Assembly (NCBI GenBank): GCA_001818495.1
Contig: MHKS01000005.1
Coordinates: 323,890-387,889 of the forward strand
Direction: 5' to 3'
DNA: 64,000 nt
Source of the DNA: Candidatus Komeilibacteria bacterium RIFOXYD1_FULL_37_29
Lineage (GTDB): Bacteria; Patescibacteriota; Patescibacteriia; UBA1558; GWA2-36-10
Shown: positions 37,573-46,285 of the stretch, piece by piece
Position numbering within the stretch: position 1 is the stretch's first letter
How the letters are laid out: each line of letters begins with the position of its first letter
Notes under the pieces: generated by a model
What the model was told of the DNA's origin: nothing
The model's input: only the letters and a program-made list of their open reading frames with translations
Database searches by the model: none
Position numbers and translations under genes: made by a program

Positions 37573-39309
37573 ATGGCAAAAAATATAATTGGTCTGGATA
37601 TTTCCGATTCTTCTATTGAAGCTCTGTCCTTAGAAAAACATCGGGGAAATTTTGTAGTAGAAGCATATTCTCGTTTTCGTTTGTCGCCGGAAATAGTGGC
37701 TAATGGTCGAGTTTTAGATAAGGAAAAACTCAAGGAAGCTATTGTTAAATTGTTTAACAATGCCAAGCCCGTAGCTTTTGACAAATCACGCAAAGTTTTT
37801 TTATCTATTCCGGAGTCACAAACATTTTCTAAAGTTTTATCTATCCCCAGAAATATCAAAAATAAAGATTTAGAAACAGCGGCTTTTACTCAGGCCGAGG
37901 AATTAATCCCAGAAAATATTAATCGGTTGACCGCTATTATAAAGGTTTTATCGGAAAAAAATGATCAAAAACAGGTTTGTTATGTAGCTGCCGAAACCGA
38001 GGTTTTGCAGGAGTTTGTCGATGTTTTCAAGGAATTGGATATTGAGATAGCTGGTATTACTACTGAAACCACCAGCTCTTTCAATGGTTTGAAAAAAGAT
38101 AAAGATAAAAAAAATACTTTACTTTTAGATTTGGGTGCTAGTACTACCATTGCTTCTGTTTTTTCTGAGGAAGGCCTTGGCTCTAGTATAAATATAAATA
38201 TTGGCGGTAATAATATTACCGAAGCGATTGCCCAAAAATTAAATATTACTCATAGTAAAGCGGAGCAGAAAAAAGTTAAAAATGGTTTGACCTCCACTGA
38301 ATCGGGTGAGATTATGTTGATTTCGCAGGGGCAGCTTCAGCCGCTAGTTGATGAATTAAAGATTTTTGTAAATTTTTGGCAGACATCTACTGGTTTGGTT
38401 ATAGAGCGGGTAGTTTTAATCGGAGGATTGTCTCAAATGAAAGGAGCTGATAAATATTTTGGTGACAATTTAAATTTACCGACCAAAATTGGCGAGCCAT
38501 TTATTGATAAAAGTTCTTTGCCGGCCAAATTGGAGTTTAGCAAGTATATAAATGTTTTGGGATTGGCTAGATTGGCCCAACAGGAAGCTGAAGTTGATTT
38601 TTATAAAAAATTACCAAAAGATTTTGGTAAAAAAACAGATCTTGGCCAAACGGTATTGGTTAAAGAAAATGTGTTTAAAAAATTTTTACGGATTATCAAT
38701 CCACTAAATTTATTAGTAGTGTTTAAAAATAAATATTTCGTGGTAGTCTTGGCGCTAGCAGTTTTGGCAGTAGTCGGATTTTTGTTTAAAGATAGGCTGT
38801 GGCCAGAGCCAGGGCCAATCAGCGTCGAGCAGCTTATAATAATTTCTAATGACGAGACAAAAATAGCAGAAAATTTTGTCGGGGGAGAATATTTTGATTT
38901 TCGTGTGTTTAAATTTTATGACACCGCTACTGACAGCGAATTGCCGGCCGACTATGTGGATAATTTTGCCAACACTTTAAAACGTTTGGAGGCCAACGCC
39001 AACGCCAAGGTGGAGTCTTTGATCAAAGAGTATAATCCTGAGGATTTCTATGTCTTACCTAGGGTAATATCTTATGAGATTATAAGCACCAAACCAACGG
39101 CCGAGGATTATCAGCCCGGTCAAGAATTAAAGGCTGATTTCAACTATGTATTTATGATGGTATCCGAAGAAGAAATCAAGAAAATATTGGTAGCCGAATA
39201 CCCAGAATTGACCAACAAGATCAATACTTTAGCTTATGAAGTAGTAGTCTATAGTCATAGTGAGGGAGGCGAGTATTTTGAAGTTTTGGTTTCAGTTAAT
39301 AAGAGATAG
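37573..39309 (+). CDS. pilM: PilM (actin-like ATPase fold) fused to a PilN-like TM segment and a PilO/periplasmic-like C-terminal domain
   Basis: Start at MAKNIIGLDISDSSIEAL (PilM N-terminus); a mid-protein TM YFVVVLALAVLAVVGFLF; ~150 aa C-terminal extracytoplasmic domain. The track ORF starts upstream at 37411 in the overlap. Confidence 0.6.
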   Translation: MAKNIIGLDISDSSIEALSLEKHRGNFVVEAYSRFRLSPEIVANGRVLDKEKLKEAIVKLFNNAKPVAFDKSRKVFLSIPESQTFSKVLSIPRNIKNKDLETAAFTQAEELIPENINRLTAIIKVLSEKNDQKQVCYVAAETEVLQEFVDVFKELDIEIAGITTETTSSFNGLKKDKDKKNTLLLDLGASTTIASVFSEEGLGSSININIGGNNITEAIAQKLNITHSKAEQKKVKNGLTSTESGEIMLISQGQLQPLVDELKIFVNFWQTSTGLVIERVVLIGGLSQMKGADKYFGDNLNLPTKIGEPFIDKSSLPAKLEFSKYINVLGLARLAQQEAEVDFYKKLPKDFGKKTDLGQTVLVKENVFKKFLRIINPLNLLVVFKNKYFVVVLALAVLAVVGFLFKDRLWPEPGPISVEQLIIISNDETKIAENFVGGEYFDFRVFKFYDTATDSELPADYVDNFANTLKRLEANANAKVESLIKEYNPEDFYVLPRVISYEIISTKPTAEDYQPGQELKADFNYVFMMVSEEEIKKILVAEYPELTNKINTLAYEVVVYSHSEGGEYFEVLVSVNKR

Positions 39310-39329
39310 TCGAGGGTATTGGCATTTAT

Positions 39330-39358
39330 TTGAAAAATTGCTATAATGTCTGTATAAT
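39330..39358 (+). promoter_or_regulatory. Sigma70-like promoter (TTGAAA-17-TATAAT) for the major pilin gene, followed by a (TA)7 tract at ~39365-39379
   Basis: Hexamers and spacer read directly; the (TA)n run lies between the -10 element and the RBS. Confidence 0.45.
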
Positions 39359-39399
39359 ATGTTATATATATATATATAATTTTAATAATTTTATAAAGT

Positions 39400-39894
39400 A
39401 TGCAAATTAAACAAAAAGGTTTCACTCTTATTGAGTTGATCATAGTAATAGCTATTATAGCTTTATTAGCGGCTGCCACCTTTGTAGCTGTCAATCCAGC
39501 TAAGCGTATCGGCGATGCCAACAATGCCCAGCGTTGGGCAGATATATCGGCAATTGCTGACGCCTGGCAGACGTATACAGCCGACAATAGTGGTACTACC
39601 GCTACTACAGTTACCAATGGAGTAACTTATTCTATTACTTCATCTACCCCTCCAAGTGGCGCAGCTGTTAATGTTTGTCAGGGTAATACTGGCAATCCTA
39701 CCACCACCTCAGCTTTTGTTAGTTTGGTAGCATTAAGAACAAGCGGTTATATTGGTCAAATACCTTCTGATCCAACTTATGTTGTGGGCGATGGTCGAAA
39801 TACTGGTTATTATTTTTATACTGATTCAACCGGCGCTGTCAAAGTTGGTTCTTGCGAAACCTACAATACTCAAAATGTTGAAGTAGTCCGCTAA
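39400..39894 (+). CDS. pilA: Type IVa major pilin (PilA-like)
   Basis: MQIKQKGFTLIELIIVIAIIALLAAATFVAV: canonical G|FTLIE prepilin signal with Glu5; 164 aa; its own promoter and a strong terminator. Confidence 0.8.
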   Translation: MQIKQKGFTLIELIIVIAIIALLAAATFVAVNPAKRIGDANNAQRWADISAIADAWQTYTADNSGTTATTVTNGVTYSITSSTPPSGAAVNVCQGNTGNPTTTSAFVSLVALRTSGYIGQIPSDPTYVVGDGRNTGYYFYTDSTGAVKVGSCETYNTQNVEVVR

Positions 39895-39910
39895 ATATTT
39901 TAAATTATTA

Positions 39911-39943
39911 TCCAGTCCCTCCTTTGGTGGGGCTGGATTTTTG
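39911..39943 (+). terminator. Intrinsic terminator (TCCAGTCCC...GGGGCTGGA, then TTTTT)
   Basis: 9-bp stem with one G.U pair plus a T-run, 17 nt after the pilA stop. Confidence 0.6.
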
Positions 39944-40035
39944 TTGCCAGAGTAACTTTTATAGTTTATTATAAGATAGTTTGTAAAAATGTTTTGATTT
40001 AAGTATAATACACATACATAATATTAATAAAAGAT

Positions 40036-41697
40036 ATGCTAAACAAGCTAAAAAGTAAGTGGTTTTGGATTATATTGGTTATTATAATCTTGGGGCTGAT
40101 AATTATTTTTCAAGTATTTAAGAAAGAAGAGTCCAATTATATAACCGAAAAAACTACTAGAGCTGATATTATTCAGACCGTAGAAGTAACCGGATCTGTG
40201 GAATCAGCCGAAGAAATAGACCTCAATTTCAATCGAGTAGGCACTTTGCAAAATGTATCTGTCACAGCTGGCCAAGCAGTAAAAAAAGGTGATATTTTAG
40301 CCAAGCTGATAGCTGGCGACGCTGCTTCTCAGGTAGCGGATGCTCGGGCTAGTTTGGAGATTGCTAAATTACAATTAGCTGAGCTGTTGGCCGGAGCCAG
40401 TAAGCAGGATGTGGAAGTAACCAAACAAGAGTTGATTAGCGCTCAAACGACTTATCAAACAGCTTTGGATGATTTATCTTATTTAGAGCAAACCAGAAAT
40501 CAGGAAATTACCAACATCAAAGCGGAGACTATCAATACTTTGAAGGACAAACTTTCTACCGCTCAATACTCCTTGGATTTGATTTTTGATGTGATTGATG
40601 ATCCAGACGCTGACAATTATCTTTATGTTAGTGATATAGTATTGCTCAATAATACTAGATGGAATTATCAGAGCACCAAGAGTGCTTTCGTCTCTTTGAA
40701 GGATCAGATTTTAGTAGCTGAAGTAGCCAATGATCAAACTAGCATTTTGACAGCATCTGATGAACTAGAAGATTATTTAGGTGAAGTTCTAGATATTTTA
40801 AATGATACTTTTGATGTGATGACGGTCACAATAGACAATTCTGTTTATACGGAGGCGGTGATTGCAGCTTTTAAGGCCGATATTAGTGCCAACACTACCA
40901 GTATTAATACAGCCATTTCAGCTGTCCAGACTGATAGTAGCAATTTGCGTACTAGAGATTTGTATTATCAGACTCAAATTACTGCCAAGCAAAATAGCAT
41001 TTCTTCTTATAAAATAGCTATGGATTTGGCACAGGCTCGGTTAGATTTAAAAATTGCTCCACCGAGAGATTTTGAAATTTCTACAGCTCAGGCCAATATC
41101 CAAAGGGCTCAAGCTACTCTTAATCGTTATTTGAGTGATTTGTCGGAGACGGCTATTGTTGCGCCAGTAGACGGTATAATAACCGAGGTCAATTTTGATG
41201 CTGGTGAGCAAACCTCGACTGCTAAACCAGCGATTTCTATGATTGGTATCAGCAACATGCAAATAGAAGTCAATGTTCCAGAATCTGATGTTATCAAGCT
41301 AGCGGTGGGTGATCAGGTAGAAATCACTTTGGACGCTTTTTCATCAGATGATAAATTTATTGGAACAGTTACTTTTATTGATCCAGCAGCCACAGATATT
41401 GATGGAGTCATTTATTATGCTACCAAAGTGTCTTTTAATGAAAAAGATGAACGTATTAAATCTGGTATGACCGCTGATCTAACCATCTCTACAGATAGTC
41501 GAGAGGATGTTTTGGTAGTGCCATCTCGAGCGGTTATTTATCGGGAAGATAAAAAATATGTTCAAGTGTTAAATGGGGAAATATTATCAGAAATAGAAGT
41601 CAGTACTGGTCTAAGAGGCGATGGTGGATTAACAGAGATTTTAAGTGGTTTAACAGAAGGAACGGAAGTAGTTACTTTTATAAAGGCTGAAAAATAA
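40036..41697 (+). CDS. HlyD/MacA/YknX-family periplasmic adaptor (membrane fusion protein)
   Basis: N-terminal TM anchor, long coiled-coil region, lipoyl/beta-barrel C-terminal (...VAPVDGIITEVNFDAGE...). Confidence 0.65.
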   Translation: MLNKLKSKWFWIILVIIILGLIIIFQVFKKEESNYITEKTTRADIIQTVEVTGSVESAEEIDLNFNRVGTLQNVSVTAGQAVKKGDILAKLIAGDAASQVADARASLEIAKLQLAELLAGASKQDVEVTKQELISAQTTYQTALDDLSYLEQTRNQEITNIKAETINTLKDKLSTAQYSLDLIFDVIDDPDADNYLYVSDIVLLNNTRWNYQSTKSAFVSLKDQILVAEVANDQTSILTASDELEDYLGEVLDILNDTFDVMTVTIDNSVYTEAVIAAFKADISANTTSINTAISAVQTDSSNLRTRDLYYQTQITAKQNSISSYKIAMDLAQARLDLKIAPPRDFEISTAQANIQRAQATLNRYLSDLSETAIVAPVDGIITEVNFDAGEQTSTAKPAISMIGISNMQIEVNVPESDVIKLAVGDQVEITLDAFSSDDKFIGTVTFIDPAATDIDGVIYYATKVSFNEKDERIKSGMTADLTISTDSREDVLVVPSRAVIYREDKKYVQVLNGEILSEIEVSTGLRGDGGLTEILSGLTEGTEVVTFIKAEK

Positions 41698-41699
41698 TT

Positions 41700-42410
41700 A
41701 TGATTGAGCTAAAGGATGTCCATAAAGATTTTATCAATGGTGATGTAGTCACCAAGGTGTTGCACGGCGTCAGTTTAAAGATAGGCCGGGGGGAATTTTT
41801 GGCTATCATGGGTCCTTCTGGTTCGGGTAAGTCAACCCTCATGCATATCTTGGGTTTTTTGGATACTCTAAGTAGCGGGCAGTATTTTTTTAATAATAAA
41901 GATGTTTCCAGCTTGGATGATGATACTTTAGCCCAGTATCGAAATAAAAAGGTGGGTTTTGTTTTTCAGAGTTTTAATTTATTGCCCAAAACAACTGTTT
42001 GGGAAAATGTCCGTTTGCCCCTTTTATATAGTAATGAAAAAATGGATTCACGGATTATTGATGAAGCTATTAAAAGTGTCGGTTTAGAGCATCGAAGAGA
42101 TCATCTGTCCAATCAGCTCTCTGGTGGTGAAAAACAACGCGTGGCTATTGCTCGAGCACTGGTTAATAAACCGGATATTATTTTTGCTGACGAGCCGACC
42201 GGTAATCTTGATTCTAAATCAGGCATTGCCATTATGTCTATTTTGGCCGAACTTTCCAAAGTCGGCAAAACTGTAGTTTTGGTTACTCACGAGTCTACCA
42301 CAGCTCGCTATGCCAATCGGATCATTACTATTAGAGATGGCTTGATTGTCGGTGATGATAAAAACACTAGTATTATCCGGACCGAGGAAATAAACGGCCA
42401 ATTAAAATAA
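41700..42410 (+). CDS. ABC transporter ATP-binding protein (MacB/LolD/YknY-like)
   Basis: Walker A GPSGSGKST; signature LSGGEKQRVAIARAL; Walker B IIFADEPTGNLD. Confidence 0.85.
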   Translation: MIELKDVHKDFINGDVVTKVLHGVSLKIGRGEFLAIMGPSGSGKSTLMHILGFLDTLSSGQYFFNNKDVSSLDDDTLAQYRNKKVGFVFQSFNLLPKTTVWENVRLPLLYSNEKMDSRIIDEAIKSVGLEHRRDHLSNQLSGGEKQRVAIARALVNKPDIIFADEPTGNLDSKSGIAIMSILAELSKVGKTVVLVTHESTTARYANRIITIRDGLIVGDDKNTSIIRTEEINGQLK

Positions 42411-42413
42411 TTT

Positions 42414-43655
42414 ATGCATCTCGATTTAAGAACATCGATGGGTGTTGTACAGGCATTGAAGCGTAATAAGATGCGCTCTTTTTTGACTTCCTTGGGGATT
42501 ATTATTGGTATTTCAGCGGTGGTTATTATTATGTCGGTTGGTGCGGGGGCTCACTCTTTGATTGCCAATGAAATCAATAGTATGGGCACTGATTTGATTG
42601 GTATTTTGCCGGGAGCCAGTGATGATGAAGGTCCACCAGCGTCAGTTATGGGCATAAATATTACTACCTTAACTTTGGATGATGCTCAGGCGATTGAAAA
42701 AGAAGTAGAAGAAATATCAGGAGCCACTGCTTATGCTCGGGGAGCTTGTAATATCAGTTGGCAGAATAAGACAGAGGATACTAGTTTTGTCGGCGTGACC
42801 GGCAATTACCCGCAAGTAGAATCAGGGGCAGAAGTGGCTCTTGGTCGTTTTATTAGTGAAGAAGAATCTACCCAGATTTCCAAATCAGTAGTTTTGGGTA
42901 GCAGTGTCTCAGAAGCGCTTTTTGGTACATCTAATCCGATAGACCAACGTGTCAAAATAAATAAAGAATCTTTTCGGGTAGTGGGTGTCATGAAAGAAAG
43001 GGGCTCGGCTGGTTTCCAAGATCAAGATGATCAGGTTTTTATGTCACTAATCACTGCTCAAAAATTAATGCTTGGTATCAGTCATGTTAGTATGATTAGA
43101 GCCAAGGTCATTGGCGATTCAGAGCTGGATTTTGTTGTAGAAAAAATAAAAAATGTTTTACGGGAACAGCATGATATTGATAATCCAGCGGAAGATGATT
43201 TTAGTGTCCGGTCACAGGAGCAGTCACTGGATACTTTGGAGAGTGTCACTGGTGCCTTAAATTATTTTTTAGCCATGGTGGCGGCTATTTCGCTTTTGGT
43301 GGGCGGTATTGGTATTATGAATATTATGTTGGTTTCGGTTTCAGAAAGCACTAAAGAGATTGGTCTAAGGAAAGCCGTGGGGGCTACGGCCAAAGATATT
43401 AGTAATCATTTCTTGATTCAGACAATTATGTTGACTTTTTTGGGGGGCATTGTCGGTATTTTAATTGGTGTTTTTGTGTCTCTGATGATTAGTATAGTAG
43501 TTAATTATTTGGGGTATAACTGGGATTATGTTATATCGTTATCTTCCATTTTAATAGCCGTTATTTTTACTTTATTAGTTGGACTTAGTTTTGGTTGGTA
43601 TCCAGCTAGAAAAGCGGCTCGTCTAGATCCGATTGAAGCTTTGCGTTACGAATAA
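42414..43655 (+). CDS. ABC transporter permease, FtsX/MacB-permease family
   Basis: TM1, a large extracytoplasmic MacB_PCD-like loop, then three C-terminal TMs of the FtsX fold. Confidence 0.75.
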   Translation: MHLDLRTSMGVVQALKRNKMRSFLTSLGIIIGISAVVIIMSVGAGAHSLIANEINSMGTDLIGILPGASDDEGPPASVMGINITTLTLDDAQAIEKEVEEISGATAYARGACNISWQNKTEDTSFVGVTGNYPQVESGAEVALGRFISEEESTQISKSVVLGSSVSEALFGTSNPIDQRVKINKESFRVVGVMKERGSAGFQDQDDQVFMSLITAQKLMLGISHVSMIRAKVIGDSELDFVVEKIKNVLREQHDIDNPAEDDFSVRSQEQSLDTLESVTGALNYFLAMVAAISLLVGGIGIMNIMLVSVSESTKEIGLRKAVGATAKDISNHFLIQTIMLTFLGGIVGILIGVFVSLMISIVVNYLGYNWDYVISLSSILIAVIFTLLVGLSFGWYPARKAARLDPIEALRYE

Positions 43656-43660
43656 TAAAT

Positions 43661-44899
43661 ATGCTGAGATTAATCAATGCGTTTCAAATTGCTATAAAAG
43701 CCCTGACTAAAAATAAGATCAGAACTTTTTTGACTGTTTTGGGAGTTTTGGTAGGTATTTCTTCAGTTACTATTATTATCTCAGCCGGTGATAGTGTCGA
43801 GCAGTTGATATTTAAGCAGGTAGAAAGTTTTGGTTCCAACTATATCCAAACGGAAGTGCGGGTGCCAAAAGGTAGTGGTGGAACTATGTCCCAAGCGCAG
43901 GGGGTAGTTATTAGTACTTTAAAAGAAAAAGATCGTCAGGATTTTTTGGAGCTAGAAAATATAGATAAAGCTTACGGAGCAGTCATGACCCAAGATGTCA
44001 TCAGTTGGCAAGGCGAGCTCAATAAGGTCATGATTTATGGAGTGGGAGCAGATTATATTGATATCGATACTACGGAAGTAGATCAGGGAAGATTTTATAC
44101 CGAAGAAGAAGATAATAGTCTAGCTAGGGTAATAGTTTTGGGTTCCAAGGTCAAAGAGGATCTTTTTGGCGCTAGCGAGGCGATTGGTCAAAATGTTAAA
44201 ATAAATAAAACTAGCTTTAGGGTGGTCGGAGTGGCCAAACCGCGGGGAACAATTTTTACTTTTGATTTGGACGACATAGTTTATGTTCCGGTCCAAACCG
44301 CCCAAAAAGTTTTGATGGGTATTGATTACTTGTCGTCTATTACTTCGCAGATGAATGATTCTAGTCAAGAGGATGAAACAGCCGAACAAATGCGTCAGAT
44401 TTTGAGAGAGAACCATGATATTGATGATCCGACTAAAGATGATTTTGAAGTAATGTCATCGGCCGATGCCAAGGAATTGATGGGTACTATTTTAGGAGGA
44501 GTGACTATTCTTTTGGTGGTCTTGGCTGGCTTATCTTTGATTGTCGGTGGGGTGGGTATTATGAATATTATGTATGCTACAGTAGCAGAAAGAACTTTTG
44601 AAATAGGCCTCAGAAAAGCTGTCGGAGCTAGCCCCCAAAGTATTTTAACGCAGTTTTTGTTAGAGGCTATTACGATTACTTCTTTGGGGGGATTTTTTGG
44701 CATAATTTTAGGCATTATGGTTATTTATTTGGTTTATTTGATAGCCAATTATTATAATATGGATTGGCCTTTTGCTTTGTCCTGGAGCGGTATTTTACTG
44801 GCTATAGGGTTTTCTGTGGCCGTCGGGCTTATTTTTGGTCTTTATCCAGCTAAAAAAGCAGCCAATCTAGACCCCATTACAGCCCTGAGGAAGGAATAA
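43661..44899 (+). CDS. Second ABC transporter permease, FtsX/MacB-permease family (paralogue of the preceding gene)
   Basis: Same architecture; ~35-40% identical blocks (e.g. GIGIMNIM..VS.ER..EIGLRKAVGA). Confidence 0.75.
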   Translation: MLRLINAFQIAIKALTKNKIRTFLTVLGVLVGISSVTIIISAGDSVEQLIFKQVESFGSNYIQTEVRVPKGSGGTMSQAQGVVISTLKEKDRQDFLELENIDKAYGAVMTQDVISWQGELNKVMIYGVGADYIDIDTTEVDQGRFYTEEEDNSLARVIVLGSKVKEDLFGASEAIGQNVKINKTSFRVVGVAKPRGTIFTFDLDDIVYVPVQTAQKVLMGIDYLSSITSQMNDSSQEDETAEQMRQILRENHDIDDPTKDDFEVMSSADAKELMGTILGGVTILLVVLAGLSLIVGGVGIMNIMYATVAERTFEIGLRKAVGASPQSILTQFLLEAITITSLGGFFGIILGIMVIYLVYLIANYYNMDWPFALSWSGILLAIGFSVAVGLIFGLYPAKKAANLDPITALRKE

Positions 44900-44936
44900 A
44901 AGTAGCTCTAAAATTAATTGAAATAACATAGCCAAT

Positions 44937-44963
44937 TAGCACTCCTTGACGTCGAGTGCTAAT
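44937..44963 (+). promoter_or_regulatory. CIRCE operator (TTAGCACTC-N9-GAGTGCTAA), HrcA binding site, followed by -10 TATAAT at ~44968
   Basis: Perfect match to the CIRCE consensus inverted repeat with a 9-nt spacer, directly upstream of the hrcA-grpE-dnaK-dnaJ operon. Confidence 0.85.
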
Positions 44964-44983
44964 TTGTATATAATGGAATATAT

Positions 44984-45055
44984 ACCCCGTTAGAAATTGA
45001 AAGTAATTCATTGGACGGGGTAAAATATGAATAAATAGTATTTCTAACGGGGTAT
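44984..45055 (+). promoter_or_regulatory. 15-nt perfect inverted repeat (TACCCCGTTAGAAAT ... ATTTCTAACGGGGTA) in the hrcA 5'-UTR; the 3' arm overlaps the SD-like GGGG and the ATG. Candidate RNA thermometer or second operator.
   Basis: Arms at ~44984-44998 and ~45041-45055; an extra internal copy of ACGGGGTA at ~45016 could allow alternative pairing. Confidence 0.4.
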
Positions 45056-45713
45056 GGAAGATAGAGGACAAAAATTGTTAAAGGAAATTATTGATATATA
45101 CGTTAAAACCGCTCGACCGGTTGGTTCTTCTAACTTGGCTTTCAGTAAGAAGTTTGATTTATCTCCAGCTACTATCAGAAGTGCCATGGGTGAGTTGGAA
45201 GAACAGGGCTATATCGCCCAGCCGCATACTTCCGCTGGCCGGGTGCCGACCACCTTGGGTTATAAGTTTTATTTGGACAATTTGCTCAGTGTTAAAAATT
45301 TAAATGACAAAGAAAATAAAGAATTGTCTGATGCATATAACAAAGATATGCGCGATTTGGCTAAGCTCTTGGTAGCCAAGACAAATTTAGCGGCCATTGT
45401 CGGATTTTCTCCAAGCGATCTTTATTTTACCGGGTTATTCAATTTATTTTCTCAGCCGGAATTTGAAGATTATAAAATGGTTCTGTCCATGACCAAGGTG
45501 GTTGATTCTTTAGAAAAAGCTATGACCAGTATTTATCCGCAAATTAATAAGCCAATAGTTCTAATCGGTGAGGACAATCCTTTTAGCTCTGATTGTTCGG
45601 TGGCTATTACACCGCTTAAAGATGAAAAAGTTTTGGCAATCTTGGGCCCGATGCGCATGGATTATAATCGAGTCTTAGCTTTACTTGAAGAAACAGTCAG
45701 AATTATTAAATAA
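45054..45713 (+). CDS. hrcA: Heat-inducible transcription repressor HrcA (compact 219-aa form)
   Basis: N-terminal wHTH KLLKEIIDIYVKTARPVGSSNL...LSPATIRSAMGELEEQGYIAQPHTSAGRVPTTLGYKFY is highly HrcA-like; C-terminal ILGPMRMDY motif; CIRCE upstream. Confidence 0.7.
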   Translation: MEDRGQKLLKEIIDIYVKTARPVGSSNLAFSKKFDLSPATIRSAMGELEEQGYIAQPHTSAGRVPTTLGYKFYLDNLLSVKNLNDKENKELSDAYNKDMRDLAKLLVAKTNLAAIVGFSPSDLYFTGLFNLFSQPEFEDYKMVLSMTKVVDSLEKAMTSIYPQINKPIVLIGEDNPFSSDCSVAITPLKDEKVLAILGPMRMDYNRVLALLEETVRIIK

Positions 45714-45742
45714 TTTACTAGTTCACTATAATTTTAAAAATA

Positions 45743-46261
45743 ATGTCAGATAAAGATAAAAAAGATAAAGATAAGAAACATCAGAGCGAAAGTGGTGTTT
45801 CTAAAATTGAGCAAAAAATAGATTTTGCCCAGCAGGCGACAGAAAATTTGGCTGGCTGGCAAAAAGCCCTGGCTGATTATCAGAATTTACAAAAAGAAAT
45901 GGATAAGCGCTTGTCTGGTATGAACGATTTTGTGGCCGCTGGTATTATTTTGGATCTTTTGCCAATTTTTGATAATTATCAGATAGCCATTTCTCATATT
46001 CCCAAAGATCAAAAAAATCATTCTTGGGCTGTTGGTTTAGAGCATATCTTGAAGCTGTGGGCTACATTTTTGGCCGATTACGGAGTAGAAAAAATTCAAA
46101 CAATTGATCAAAAATTTAATCCGCATTTACATGAAACAGTTGGTGAGGTCAATAACCAAAATCAAGAAGATCAAATGATTGTCGAAGAAAAATTAGCTGG
46201 CTATAGCTCTAAAGATAGAGTGATTCGTCCGGCTAAAGTAATCATTAATAATAAAAATTAA
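45743..46261 (+). CDS. grpE: Nucleotide exchange factor GrpE
   Basis: Position in the hrcA-grpE-dnaK operon; coiled-coil N-terminus and C-terminal beta domain (...FNPHLHETVGEV...). Confidence 0.7.
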   Translation: MSDKDKKDKDKKHQSESGVSKIEQKIDFAQQATENLAGWQKALADYQNLQKEMDKRLSGMNDFVAAGIILDLLPIFDNYQIAISHIPKDQKNHSWAVGLEHILKLWATFLADYGVEKIQTIDQKFNPHLHETVGEVNNQNQEDQMIVEEKLAGYSSKDRVIRPAKVIINNKN

Positions 46262-46285
46262 TAATTAAAGAAAGGAGAAAACATT

